A DNA stretch of 64,000 nt, taken from contig OY970399.1 of assembly GCA_963720545.1 (NCBI GenBank), forward strand, positions 2,336,001 to 2,400,000, given 5' to 3'. Positions 48,786 to 58,242 of the stretch are shown here, piece after piece (the stretch's first letter is position 1; each line of letters begins with the position of its first letter). Position numbers and translations under genes: made by a program. Source of the stretch: an uncultured Acidobacteriota bacterium (lineage in GTDB: Bacteria; Acidobacteriota; Vicinamibacteria; Fen-336). The notes beneath the pieces were generated by a model, which saw only the letters and a list, made by a program, of their open reading frames with translations, had not been told where the DNA came from and ran no database searches.

Positions 48786-49757
48786 ATGAGGCTCCTTGCC
48801 GCGCTGCTCGTGTCTTCCGGCGTCCTTGCGGCGCCGTTGTTCGCGCAAACCGGCCGCATCCTGGTGTCGCTGCGCGGCGACGGCCGCGTCAGGGTTGTTT
48901 CTCCCGAGGACGGTACCGCGGGTGCGGCTTTCACCGTGGGCGCGGAACCTGGTGAGATCGCGGTGAGCGCCAGCGGGCAGACCGCCTATGTCGCTGTCTC
49001 CGGCACGCCGGACGGGGACGCCGGCGGCACGGTTGCGGTGCTCGACCTGGCGGGGAAGTCGGTGCGTCGCACCTTCGAGCTGGCGGGCTTCACGTCACCG
49101 GGCGGCGTGCGCCTCGACGGTTCCGGCACCACGTTGTTCGTCGCATGCGCGCCGCAAAACGCGCTCCTCGAACTGGACGCGGAGACCGGGACGCTCGAGA
49201 AGTCGTGGAAGACCGACACCGAAGGCGCGGCCTTCGTGGCGGTCACGCCCGACGGCGGCAAGCTGTACGTGCCGCACCTTGCGGGCCGGAAGCTGGTCGG
49301 CATCGACCGCAAGGCGAACAACGTCCGCACGATCCTGTCCGGCGATCCGCTCAGCGATGTGGACCTCTCGCCCGACGGACGCGAGGCCTGGGTGCTCGAT
49401 CACGAGCGGCGCAGCATCCAGGTGATCGCGGCGAAGAGCGACGTGGTGGTGGCCAGCGTCGCTCTCGACGATTCGGCACCGGGCCGCCTGCGGTTTACAC
49501 CGGACGGCAGGCGCGTGGTGGTGGTCCAGGGCCGGCGCGCGGTGCTCATAGACACCGCGGAGCGCAAGATCCTCTCGGCGCTGCAGATGCCGCTGCGCGG
49601 CGCCGCCCTCGCCATCGCCCCCGACGGCAACCACGCGGTGATCGCCAACCAGGACGACGACAGGCTGACGATCGTCGCGCTGGCGGATCCGCTGCGCATC
49701 GTGCGCACGTTCGCGGCACCCGGCAAGACTCCCGCCGGCGTGGCGTGGCTGCGCTAG
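48786..49757 (+). CDS. Secreted YVTN/YncE-type beta-propeller
   Basis: Signal peptide; repeated (S/T/A)PDG..(L/A)YV blades. Confidence 0.8.
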   Translation: MRLLAALLVSSGVLAAPLFAQTGRILVSLRGDGRVRVVSPEDGTAGAAFTVGAEPGEIAVSASGQTAYVAVSGTPDGDAGGTVAVLDLAGKSVRRTFELAGFTSPGGVRLDGSGTTLFVACAPQNALLELDAETGTLEKSWKTDTEGAAFVAVTPDGGKLYVPHLAGRKLVGIDRKANNVRTILSGDPLSDVDLSPDGREAWVLDHERRSIQVIAAKSDVVVASVALDDSAPGRLRFTPDGRRVVVVQGRRAVLIDTAERKILSALQMPLRGAALAIAPDGNHAVIANQDDDRLTIVALADPLRIVRTFAAPGKTPAGVAWLR

Positions 49758-49773
49758 GGCTTCACCTGGCGGC

Positions 49774-50238
49774 CTAGAGCCGCGAGACGAGGAACAGGCC
49801 GGCGCCGATCGTGACGAGGTCCTCGAGGACGGCGATCAGCAGGTCGGAATAGCCGGCCTGAGCCACGAGAGCGTGGCGCGCCCGATAGCCGGTGAACGAC
49901 CCGACCACTGCGCCTGCCGCACCCGCGATCGCGCCCGTGAGGAGCGGCGCCCCGGCCGAAGCCTGCACCACGACGCCGCAGAGGGCGCCCGACAACAGGC
50001 GCGCGGCGAGCGGACCGGTTGTGAGCCGGCTGGGAGTGAACGGCAGCTTGTCGGTGCACAGCTCGACCACCGCGAACACGGCCAGCACCCACTTCGCCGG
50101 CACCGACGCCATGAACGCGACAGCCGACTGCGCCACGGCCGGCAGCCGGTCGTGCGCGGTCCAGGCCAAAAGCGCCAGCGGCGTCATCGAGCGCAGGCCG
50201 GCGGTTACGCCAAGGGCAAAGGCGATGAACAAGAGCAT
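49774..50238 (-). CDS. DUF4126-like membrane protein
   Basis: GLRSMTP, EL..DKLP.TPSR, A..ED motifs. Confidence 0.75.
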   Translation of the reverse strand: MLLFIAFALGVTAGLRSMTPLALLAWTAHDRLPAVAQSAVAFMASVPAKWVLAVFAVVELCTDKLPFTPSRLTTGPLAARLLSGALCGVVVQASAGAPLLTGAIAGAAGAVVGSFTGYRARHALVAQAGYSDLLIAVLEDLVTIGAGLFLVSRL

Positions 50239-50243
50239 GGCCG

Positions 50244-51104
50244 CTACCTTAAACCCTGCGCTGCCAGCCACGATGCGACGTCGCTCCAGAACAGGGAGCT
50301 GCCGCCCAGTTCGTGGCCGATATCCGGGTAGGTGCGCGACTGCTGCAGCGAGCCGCCCAGGGTAGCGAGGCGCGGCGCGGCGACCCGCGTCGGCACCAGG
50401 CGGTCGTCCTCGGCGAGCAGCCACAGCCCGCGCGCCGTGGTCTCTCGCAGCGCCGGCAGCGGATCCCAGCCCGGCGGGCCGTCGTAGGTGGCGAGCCGCG
50501 CATACGCTTCGTCGATGGGCAGGGCGCGCTGGTCCTCGTAGTAGACATTGGTGCCGACCGGCATCGCCGAGCCGACCACCGCGACGAGGAAGCGCACGCG
50601 GTCGGAGCGCTGCGCTGCATCGGCCATGATCCATCCGGCCTGGCTCACGCCCATGAGGCCGATGCGGGCGCCGTCGACGTCGCTGCGCGCGCGCAGGAAC
50701 TCGACACCGGCGAGCATGTCGGATGCGAGTTCCGCGACTTTCGATTCGCTGTTGCGACCCGACAGTTCCTGGAAAGTTCCGGTCGACTGCCCAACGCCGC
50801 GCTTGTCGTAGCGCAGCGTCGCAAAGCCGAGGCCGAGCCAGTGCGGAACGTGCGCCGCGCCTTCCTGTTTCGTGACCCTGCCGGAACCATGGCCGATGAC
50901 AACCGCCGGAAACGGACCGCGTCCCGACGGCAGGTCGAGCGCGAAGTGGAGACGAGCGCCGCTACTTTCGAGGAAGCCTTCCTCGTGCCCTGCGGCCATC
51001 CCGGTCGGCGAGGTCGGCGCCACGCCGCCATCGCCCGAACAGGCGCCGGCGACGAGGCCGCACGACAGGACCGCTGTGCCGAACAACCGCTGCCGGCTGG
51101 TCAT
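50244..51104 (-). CDS. Alpha/beta hydrolase, probable lipoprotein
   Basis: AGAC lipobox-like, HGSG, YDKRGVG.S, GVSQAG, D..VP, GH. Confidence 0.82.
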   Translation of the reverse strand: MTSRQRLFGTAVLSCGLVAGACSGDGGVAPTSPTGMAAGHEEGFLESSGARLHFALDLPSGRGPFPAVVIGHGSGRVTKQEGAAHVPHWLGLGFATLRYDKRGVGQSTGTFQELSGRNSESKVAELASDMLAGVEFLRARSDVDGARIGLMGVSQAGWIMADAAQRSDRVRFLVAVVGSAMPVGTNVYYEDQRALPIDEAYARLATYDGPPGWDPLPALRETTARGLWLLAEDDRLVPTRVAAPRLATLGGSLQQSRTYPDIGHELGGSSLFWSDVASWLAAQGLR

Positions 51105-51161
51105 GAGCTGCGCCGAAGATACGCTTCTTCGTGCCCGCGCACGACGAGTCATTTTCTTGAA

Positions 51162-52250
51162 CTAGGCGGAGCCCTTGTTGTCGATCCAGTAGCGGCGGTT
51201 GGGCTTCTTGAGGTCGGGCCCGGTGGCCACGTCCTCCAGAACGCCGCCGTTCTTCTCGATCGTGCGGATCGATCCAGCATTGTCGTCGTCGCACGTCACC
51301 AGCACCCGTTCGAGGCCAAGCTCGGCGCGCGCGAGCTGCAGCGCGAGCCGCAGGATTTCGGTGGCGTAGCCTCGGCGACGAAACTCGGGGACGACGACGT
51401 AGCCGATGTGCCCGCCGAAGCGCAGCAGTGGCGCGCTGAGGATGTGCCTGATCGAGGCGCGCCCGACGATGCGCTGGCCGGCGAACGCGAACAGGAAAGT
51501 GGCGGGCACGTGCTCGGGCGACAGGTTCACGCCTTGTTCCTGCTCGGCAAGCACCTCGAGGTACCGCCGGAACGGCATGCCCTCGTGGTAGTAGTGGAGG
51601 AACGACGGGTATACGGGCGACGTCGCGCGATGCGCCGCGAGGAACTCCGCCTCGTCTGCCTCGCGAAGACGTCGCAACAGCAGCCCGGTCCCCGTCTTTT
51701 CGCGCTTGAAAAAGACCAGGCTCCAGAGTGGCCCGAAGAGGAACCAGAAAAAAGCCATGCCCCAGGGGAGCACGTACCAGGCTTCGAGCGCCCGGGTCGC
51801 GTCCGGCCTCGCGACGAACGCGATGACGGCGAGCAGCAAAAGGTCCGTGATCGCCACGGCCACCAGGCAGCGCGCCCAGAGCTTCAGTTCGTAGCGCACA
51901 GCCGCCCAGCCGCGAGAAGGAGGGGGGGACGGCGGCGGGCCGCCCGCGAACCGGTGCGCGAATCGCTGGTCTGCCCAGCGGATCAAGATCGGGCCGAACG
52001 CGACGGTGAACCCCACATACGCCGTCGCCAGGCCGTGCGCGAGCGTCGCGCGCGTGCCGCCGCGCAGGTCGAGCACGGTGAATGCGAGCAGCGCCACGTC
52101 GATGAGCGGCACGCAGAGCAGGCACAACGAACTGAAGCGCCGCTGATGCCAGATGTAGCGCAGCGCCAAGCCGGTGAAGAGCACCACCCAGAAGGCGGCC
52201 TCGCACCCCACGATCAACAAATACAGCGTGCCTGCCCCGGGAGTTATCAT
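51162..52250 (-). CDS. YmcC-like membrane domain fused to GNAT acetyltransferase
   Basis: IVGCE..FW and HGLA..Y.GFTVAFG N-terminal half; GGHIGY.V.P..RRRGYAT and TCDDDN.GS..IEKNGG C-terminal half. Confidence 0.75.
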   Translation of the reverse strand: MITPGAGTLYLLIVGCEAAFWVVLFTGLALRYIWHQRRFSSLCLLCVPLIDVALLAFTVLDLRGGTRATLAHGLATAYVGFTVAFGPILIRWADQRFAHRFAGGPPPSPPPSRGWAAVRYELKLWARCLVAVAITDLLLLAVIAFVARPDATRALEAWYVLPWGMAFFWFLFGPLWSLVFFKREKTGTGLLLRRLREADEAEFLAAHRATSPVYPSFLHYYHEGMPFRRYLEVLAEQEQGVNLSPEHVPATFLFAFAGQRIVGRASIRHILSAPLLRFGGHIGYVVVPEFRRRGYATEILRLALQLARAELGLERVLVTCDDDNAGSIRTIEKNGGVLEDVATGPDLKKPNRRYWIDNKGSA

Positions 52251-52297
52251 CCTTGCTCCCGATATACTGCGGCCCACTCGAACTGACTGAGGTGCAC

Positions 52298-52729
52298 ATG
52301 TCCGGCAGGAACAAGGCTCGGGTCGGTGAATTCCTTGACCGTGTCCTCACCGGTGGCGACATCGAGGCGACCGGCGACTACTTCGAGCGCGACATGGTTG
52401 AGGAGGTGCCCTTCCCAGGGCAGGGTCCCGGACTCGATGGTCTCAAGGAATTGTTGATCCGCATTCGCTCCGCGTTTCCGGATTCGAACTGGACTCTCGA
52501 AGAACAGATCGCGGAGGGCGACAAAGTATTGAGCCGGTTCGTCTGGTCCGGCACGCATCAAGGCGAGTTCCTGGGCATTCCGGCGACCGAGCGCCCGATT
52601 CGCGTGTGGGGCATGGTGATCGACCGATTCGCTGGAGAGAAGATCGTCTCGACGCGAATCCTGTTGGACATGTTCGGCATGATGATGCAGTTGGGGGTCA
52701 TTCCGAATCCCGCACAGCAGGCGAGATAA
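52298..52729 (+). CDS. SnoaL-like ester cyclase
   Basis: AFPD, IAEGDKV, GTHQGEFLGIPAT; GAGG SD before ATG 52298. Confidence 0.85.
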   Translation: MSGRNKARVGEFLDRVLTGGDIEATGDYFERDMVEEVPFPGQGPGLDGLKELLIRIRSAFPDSNWTLEEQIAEGDKVLSRFVWSGTHQGEFLGIPATERPIRVWGMVIDRFAGEKIVSTRILLDMFGMMMQLGVIPNPAQQAR

Positions 52730-52744
52730 CGATTCAAGACGGTT

Positions 52745-52819
52745 TGGTGGGCCCGCCAGGATTCGAACCTGGGACTGGCCGGTTATGAGCCGGATGTTCT
52801 ACCGCTGAACTACGGGCCC
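52745..52819 (-). tRNA. tRNA with CAT anticodon, most likely tRNA-Ile2 (lysidine-modified)
   Basis: GGGCCCG acceptor stem, D-arm GTTC/GAAC, anticodon loop CTCATAA, GTTCGAATC T-loop, encoded CCA; no C1:A72 mismatch of fMet. Confidence 0.92.
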
Positions 52820-52852
52820 GACGGCGAGGCTACCAGACGCGGCCGCGGCGCC

Positions 52853-54094
52853 TCAGTGGCGTAGGCGAGCGGCAGCCTGCTCCACCTGTTCCATGACGCG
52901 CAGCATGTTGCCGCCGAGGATCTTTTCCACATCGGCTTCGGAATAGCCCTTCGCGAGCAGCGCCGCCGTCAGCTTCGGCAGCTGCGAGGCGTCTTCCATG
53001 CCGAACGGCATGGTGGCGCCGTCGAAGTCCGAGCCGAGGCCGACGTGGTCGACGCCCGCCACCTTCACCGCGTGGTCGATGTGCTCGACGATCGCTTCCC
53101 AGGTGACCTTCGGCAGGCTGCCCTTCTCCATCGCCTCACGCGTGAGGCGCGCCATGGTGAGGGTCGCGCACGCTTCGTCGCCGCCGCACTGCTTCGACAT
53201 CCGGTCCAGTGAGGCCACCACGCCGCCTTGCTTCTCGCCTGCCAGGCGCAGCTCCTCGGAGAGGAAGCTCACCTCGTAGTTGATGTTGATGACGCCGCCG
53301 TTCTTCGCGAGCGCTTTCAACATGTCGTCGCTCATGTTGCGCGGATGGTGCGAGATGGCGCGGCACGACGAGTGCGAGGCGATCACCGGCGCGGTCGTCA
53401 GGGCCAGCACGTCGGCGAAGGTCTTGTCGGCCACATGCGAGATGTCCACCATGACGCCGAGCGTGTTCAGCTCGCGCACCACGTCCTTGCCGAAGGCGGT
53501 GAGGCCGTTGTGCTTCGGCTTGTCGGTCGAGGAGTCGGCCCAGTTGTTGCTCTTGAAGTGCGTGAGCGTCAGGTAGCGCACGCCCTGGCCGGCGAAGTTG
53601 CGCAGGTTGGCGAGGTCGTCGTCGATCATGTGGCCGCCCTCGACGCCGATGAGCGCCGCGATCTTGTGCTCGGCAGCTGCCTTGCGGACGTCGGCCGCGG
53701 TGGTCGCGAGCATCAGGTCCTGCGGGTGGCGGCGGATCGCCTCGTGCACGGCATCGATCTGCTGCAGTGCGCGCTCGACCGCCGGCTTGCCGGTCATGTC
53801 GCTCGGCACCCAGATCGAGAAGAACAGCGCGTCGAGCCCGCCCTCGCGCATGCGCGGGATGTCGATGTTGCCGTCCGTGTGCCTCGCGCCAATGTCGAAG
53901 GTCTTGTCGAAGTACATCCGCTGGGTGGTGTCGTCGTGGGTGTCGATGACGATCGCCCGCTCGTGCAAGGTCGCGGCCGGTGCTGTAGCCGTCGCGGTCG
54001 CGGCCGGCGGGGGTGCTGCCGCCGGTTTCGAGCAGGCGGCGCAGGACAAGGCGAGCGGGGCAGCGGCAACGAAAACGGCGAGGAGATCGCGCAT
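52853..54094 (-). CDS. Membrane dipeptidase (M19), probable lipoprotein
   Basis: DTHDD, EGGH, LTLTH, DISH, ASHSS, RN..D, GLGSDFDG, GGN.LRV. Confidence 0.92.
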   Translation of the reverse strand: MRDLLAVFVAAAPLALSCAACSKPAAAPPPAATATATAPAATLHERAIVIDTHDDTTQRMYFDKTFDIGARHTDGNIDIPRMREGGLDALFFSIWVPSDMTGKPAVERALQQIDAVHEAIRRHPQDLMLATTAADVRKAAAEHKIAALIGVEGGHMIDDDLANLRNFAGQGVRYLTLTHFKSNNWADSSTDKPKHNGLTAFGKDVVRELNTLGVMVDISHVADKTFADVLALTTAPVIASHSSCRAISHHPRNMSDDMLKALAKNGGVININYEVSFLSEELRLAGEKQGGVVASLDRMSKQCGGDEACATLTMARLTREAMEKGSLPKVTWEAIVEHIDHAVKVAGVDHVGLGSDFDGATMPFGMEDASQLPKLTAALLAKGYSEADVEKILGGNMLRVMEQVEQAAARLRH

Positions 54095-54117
54095 GGGCGC
54101 GATTGTACCGGCGCGTG

Positions 54118-56733
54118 CTAGTCCCTGAGGCAGAGCGCTGGATCGACACGCACGGCCGTGCGGCACGGTGCCGCGCTCGCCGCCAATACCACCAGCGCGA
54201 CGACCGCGATTCCAAAAGCCACCACCGCTGGCTCGAGGGAATGATTGCCGGCAATCGAAGAGCGCGTCACCGCGACCAGGGCGCCGCCAAGAGCCAGGCC
54301 CGCGACCATGCCGGGGGCCGCGGTTGCAATGGCCTGCCCGACGACCAGGCGCACAACGCTCGAGCGCGGCGCGCCGAGCGCGAGCCGCACGCCTATCTCG
54401 GTACGCCGGACTTCGACGAACCAAGCCACCATGCCATAGAGCCCTGAGGCGCTCAGCAACAGGGCAAACCCGCCCAGCAGGCTCGCCGCGGCGGCAGCAG
54501 CCCGTCCGGGCAGGAGCTCGAGGGCCAGGTGGTCGTCGATCGTCCGCGGGAAAAACCCGACGACGCCGGGCCCGACGCGGTAAAGCGTGCGCTGGATGAC
54601 CTCGAGCGCGCGGCGTGAGTCCGACCTGGTCCGCGCCAGGAGGCAAAGGCCGAACTCCGGCTGCGTGGTGATGTACACGTGCGCGCCTGCGGGTTCTGTC
54701 AAGCTCAGGTACTTGGCATCGCGCGCGACGCCAATGATCTCGAAGCTCCTTTCGAGGCCGTCGAGAACGATGGTGCGCCCGAGCGGATCCTGACCCGGGA
54801 ACAATCGGCCCGCCAGGGTGGCGTTCACGATGGCGAGGTGTCGGTCGGCGTCGTCGCGGCTGAACTCACGGCCACGAAGCAGGTGCAGCCCGGTCGTCTC
54901 GAAGTAGCCATCGGTGACCGCGAGATAGGTGGCCTGCCCGAAGGGCTGCTGATCGCCTGGCCGCCGCACCTGGGACAGGGGCGTCGAGGCATCGACCGGG
55001 GCGCGGCTCGCCATGGCGGCAGCGCTGATCTGCGACAGGCCACGCACCTGATCCAACGCCTGGCGCGCCAGGACCGAGGCTCCGGCGCCGGTCCCATGAG
55101 CGGGCTCGATGTCGAAGTCGAGGGCGACCAGGCCGGACCGGTCGAAGCCAGCGTCGGCCACGCTGAGCGCGGCCGTGCTGCGCACGAAAAGCGCGGCGGC
55201 CATGACGAGGGCAAGGGAGAAGGCGACCTGAGCCGACACGAGAAAGCGGCGCATGGTCGGCACGACTGCCGACCCGGCGCGCAGGGTGCCGCGACGCAGT
55301 GCTGTCGCCATTTCGATCCGCCACGACCAGGCAGCCGGGGCGAGCGCCAGGATCACACCGCACACGCTGCCGGCCCCCAGGATGGCTGCGACGAGCCGCA
55401 GACTCCACGGCAGGTCGACTCGCAGGATCAGCGTCGGTTGCAAGGCCACCTCGGCCATCCGCGCCCGGGCGATGGCGTAGAGCGCGAGCGACGTCAGCCC
55501 GGCGAGCAACCCAATCAGTCCGCCCTCGAGGACCCGTCGCCGCACCAGCGTCGCGCGCCCCGCGCCGAGGGCGAGATGAACGGCCGTCTGCCGCGCCTCG
55601 GCTGCGGCTCGCGCCAGCACCAGGCCGCTCGCGTTGGCGATCGCCGCGCCGAGGATGAGGGCCGCCAGCGCGGACAACACGATGATGAAGCCGCGTGCCG
55701 GAGCGCGCTGCGCGCCGCGCAGCAGCAACCCCGGCTCGTGCAGCAGGCGGCGCTCGCGCCAGGTGTTGGACATGGTGTGCTGCAGGGTCGCGGTGGCGGC
55801 GAGCAGGCCACGTTCGAGGGCTTCGGTACCGTTCGTCGCGATAGCCATGGCCAGCCAGGACCGATCGTCCCCGCTGCTGCGCCATCCCGGATTGAGCATG
55901 GCGTCTCCCGCCGCAACCGGGATCCAGACGTCGACGCTGGCACCGAAGTATGCAGCCGAGCCGCGGGCTCTCGACACTCCGACGATGGTCACCGGTGTGG
56001 TGTTGAGAATCAGCGTGCGGCCGACGATGCCGGGGTCGCCACCCAGGCGACGGCGCCACAAGCGTTCGCCCAGCACGGCGACCGGCGGCGCTCCCGGGTC
56101 GTCGTCGCCAGCGCTCAGCGCCCGTCCCAGCAGCATTCCGCGGCTGTCGAGATCGGTGTAGGAAGGAGTCACCACTTCACCCAGCGTCTGGAAATCTGGC
56201 GCGCCGTGCGCGCGGATCGCGACCGGTTGAAGGTTGACCGCCACAACAGTGGCCGCGGGCGTCAGGGCCGCGCGCAGCGTCTCCATCTCGCGGTGGGAGA
56301 AGGCCGCGCTCACTCGGCCGGTACGATCGACATGGGCGATCCGCCGCAGGCCGGCCCCGTGGCGGGGGCTGACCGGCTGCAGTAGCAGTGCATCGATGAG
56401 CCCGACAGTGAGGGCCACCGAAGCCAGTCCGCAGGCGAGCATCGCCACCGCCGTCACGGTCCCGACGGGTCGCCGTCGTATCGAGCGCAGCGCCTGCTGG
56501 AGATCGCGAACCAGCACTGGACGACCCCGGGCGAAGCGCCTGAGGCTGGCGCCAACGTAGGCGCGCACCAGGGATCCGGTCTCGCGCACCAGCCAGATGC
56601 GGCTCGCCGCGGTGCCGCGGCCGGCAAGCACCGCGGCGTAGTCGTCGTTCAGGTCATCGAGCACGGCGTGCGCTCGCGACAGCGGCAGGAGGCGTCCGAC
56701 AAGCCAGGTGACGAGGCGGGGCAGACTCGTCAC
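54118..56733 (-). CDS. Duplicated MacB/FtsX-type ABC permease (acidobacterial ADOP-like)
   Basis: Two periplasmic + FtsX modules, LVSAQVAFS, EIGVRLALGA, RVDP..LR. Confidence 0.88.
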   Translation of the reverse strand: MTSLPRLVTWLVGRLLPLSRAHAVLDDLNDDYAAVLAGRGTAASRIWLVRETGSLVRAYVGASLRRFARGRPVLVRDLQQALRSIRRRPVGTVTAVAMLACGLASVALTVGLIDALLLQPVSPRHGAGLRRIAHVDRTGRVSAAFSHREMETLRAALTPAATVVAVNLQPVAIRAHGAPDFQTLGEVVTPSYTDLDSRGMLLGRALSAGDDDPGAPPVAVLGERLWRRRLGGDPGIVGRTLILNTTPVTIVGVSRARGSAAYFGASVDVWIPVAAGDAMLNPGWRSSGDDRSWLAMAIATNGTEALERGLLAATATLQHTMSNTWRERRLLHEPGLLLRGAQRAPARGFIIVLSALAALILGAAIANASGLVLARAAAEARQTAVHLALGAGRATLVRRRVLEGGLIGLLAGLTSLALYAIARARMAEVALQPTLILRVDLPWSLRLVAAILGAGSVCGVILALAPAAWSWRIEMATALRRGTLRAGSAVVPTMRRFLVSAQVAFSLALVMAAALFVRSTAALSVADAGFDRSGLVALDFDIEPAHGTGAGASVLARQALDQVRGLSQISAAAMASRAPVDASTPLSQVRRPGDQQPFGQATYLAVTDGYFETTGLHLLRGREFSRDDADRHLAIVNATLAGRLFPGQDPLGRTIVLDGLERSFEIIGVARDAKYLSLTEPAGAHVYITTQPEFGLCLLARTRSDSRRALEVIQRTLYRVGPGVVGFFPRTIDDHLALELLPGRAAAAAASLLGGFALLLSASGLYGMVAWFVEVRRTEIGVRLALGAPRSSVVRLVVGQAIATAAPGMVAGLALGGALVAVTRSSIAGNHSLEPAVVAFGIAVVALVVLAASAAPCRTAVRVDPALCLRD

Positions 56734-57053
56734 CTGTCGCCCAGTGCCAGTTCGAGCCCCTTGCGCATCCGTTCGACGGAGCGCAGGGCCGCGCGCAACG
56801 CCAACAGGCCGCGGGCGGCAACCTGGTAGTAGCGACGGGGCCGCCCGGGACTGGCGGCGTCGCCGTCGACACGCGAGCTCAAGTAGCGCTTCCCCTCGAG
56901 CCGGTCGAGCGTGACGTAGATGCTGCCGCGCGACACCGAGCGGCCAGTGCGCTCGGCAATCGCCGCGCGAATCACCGGTGCATAGGCCTGCTCGCCACCG
57001 TGCAGGACGGCAAGCAGCACCAGGACCTCGAACTCACCGAGCGCAGCGGCCAT
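56730..57053 (-). CDS. PadR-family transcriptional regulator
   Basis: LGEFE..VLLA, GSIYVTLDRLE.K, RRYY; GTGA-coupled to the permease. Confidence 0.92.
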   Translation of the reverse strand: MAAALGEFEVLVLLAVLHGGEQAYAPVIRAAIAERTGRSVSRGSIYVTLDRLEGKRYLSSRVDGDAASPGRPRRYYQVAARGLLALRAALRSVERMRKGLELALGDR

Positions 57054-57055
57054 GC

Positions 57056-57090
57056 GCCTACAATGTTGGCACAGAGCCTACATTGTAGGC
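57056..57090. promoter_or_regulatory. Tandem palindromic operator upstream of padR
   Basis: GCCTACAATGTTGGC (57056-57070) and perfect GCCTACA-T-TGTAGGC (57076-57090), 20-bp period. Confidence 0.7.
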
Positions 57091-57095
57091 AACAG

Positions 57096-58241
57096 CTATT
57101 GCCAACTCTCCCAGATCGCGACGGCCACCAGCACCGCGGTGACCGCGGCGCCGAGGCCGAGCGGGCTCAGGTACGGGCCGGCGGGCGCCAGCAGCACGAG
57201 TGCCACGGTGGCGCAGACGACGCCCGGTGAGTATTCGCGCGCCACGGTCCAGCAGAAGAGGATGTTGCCGAGCATGAACAGCACCGGGCCGCCGACCATC
57301 ACGGCGATGGTTCCTGGGCTCGTGTGGCCGAGTGGATGCGCGAGCAGCTTCTCGTCCGCGACCGCGGTGACGATGATGCCGACGACCAGCAGCGCGTGGC
57401 TATAGGTGTAGGCGGAGCGAGCCAGCCTTCCGGGATCGCCGGAGCGGCCGATGATGGTCGCCGCCGCTTCGGCGGCCTGGTCGAAGTAGATCCACCACAT
57501 CGCGGCACTCGAGAGAAACGCGCAGCAGAATGCGGCCACGTTTATGGCGGTGGGCTCGAGCGCTGCGAAGGTGGCGCCGATGACCACGATCGACTCGCCC
57601 AGCGCGATGATGATGAAAAGGCCACAGCGTTCCGCCATGTGGTGGCCGTCGATGTCCCACTCGGCGGTCGCCGAGCGTCCCAGCCCCGGGACCCAGAAAG
57701 CGGCGAGCGGCGCGGCATACTCGATGGCGAGCGCCGCGAGCCAGAAGCCGAGGCGGGCCTGTCCGGAGGCGGAGCCGCCGGCGAGCCAGAGGACGCCCGC
57801 CACAGCGAGCCAGATGAGGATGCGGCGGAAGTTGCGCACGTGCGCCGCGTGGCCGCGCATGCACCACAGCACGAAGGCGGTGCGGCCCACCTGGATTGCC
57901 GCGTAGGCGGCGCCGAACGCCATGCCTCTCTCTTCGAACGCGTGCGGGATGGCGGCGGACATCACCAGGCTCGCGAGCATCGCGGCGAGCAGCATCAGGC
58001 GCACCGGCAGGCGCTCGGGATCGAGCCAGTTGGTGCTCCACGACGTGTACACCCAGACCCACCAGACGGCGAGGGTCAGGAGCCCCGTGCGCAGGGCGCC
58101 GCCCAGGCTGAAATGCTCGAGCAGCAGGTGCGAGAGCTGCGTGATCGCGAAGACGAACACCAGGTCGAAGAACAGCTCGAGGTTCGTGACCTTGTTGCCG
58201 CCGTGCGGGCTGCGCGCGCGCAGCAGGCTCTTTGCGGGCAC
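57096..58241 (-). CDS. ltrA: Low temperature requirement protein A family membrane protein
   Basis: LELFFDLVFVFAITQ, WWVW, H..ER.GLF.IIALGE, WWIYF. Confidence 0.9.
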   Translation of the reverse strand: MPAKSLLRARSPHGGNKVTNLELFFDLVFVFAITQLSHLLLEHFSLGGALRTGLLTLAVWWVWVYTSWSTNWLDPERLPVRLMLLAAMLASLVMSAAIPHAFEERGMAFGAAYAAIQVGRTAFVLWCMRGHAAHVRNFRRILIWLAVAGVLWLAGGSASGQARLGFWLAALAIEYAAPLAAFWVPGLGRSATAEWDIDGHHMAERCGLFIIIALGESIVVIGATFAALEPTAINVAAFCCAFLSSAAMWWIYFDQAAEAAATIIGRSGDPGRLARSAYTYSHALLVVGIIVTAVADEKLLAHPLGHTSPGTIAVMVGGPVLFMLGNILFCWTVAREYSPGVVCATVALVLLAPAGPYLSPLGLGAAVTAVLVAVAIWESWQ

Positions 58242-58242
58242 G

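Noticed and set aside
52745..52819. Initiator or elongator tRNA-Met; prophage/ICE attachment site
   Set aside because: G1-C72 paired GGGCCC acceptor stem fits Ile2 better; no integrase or repeated 3' end noticed
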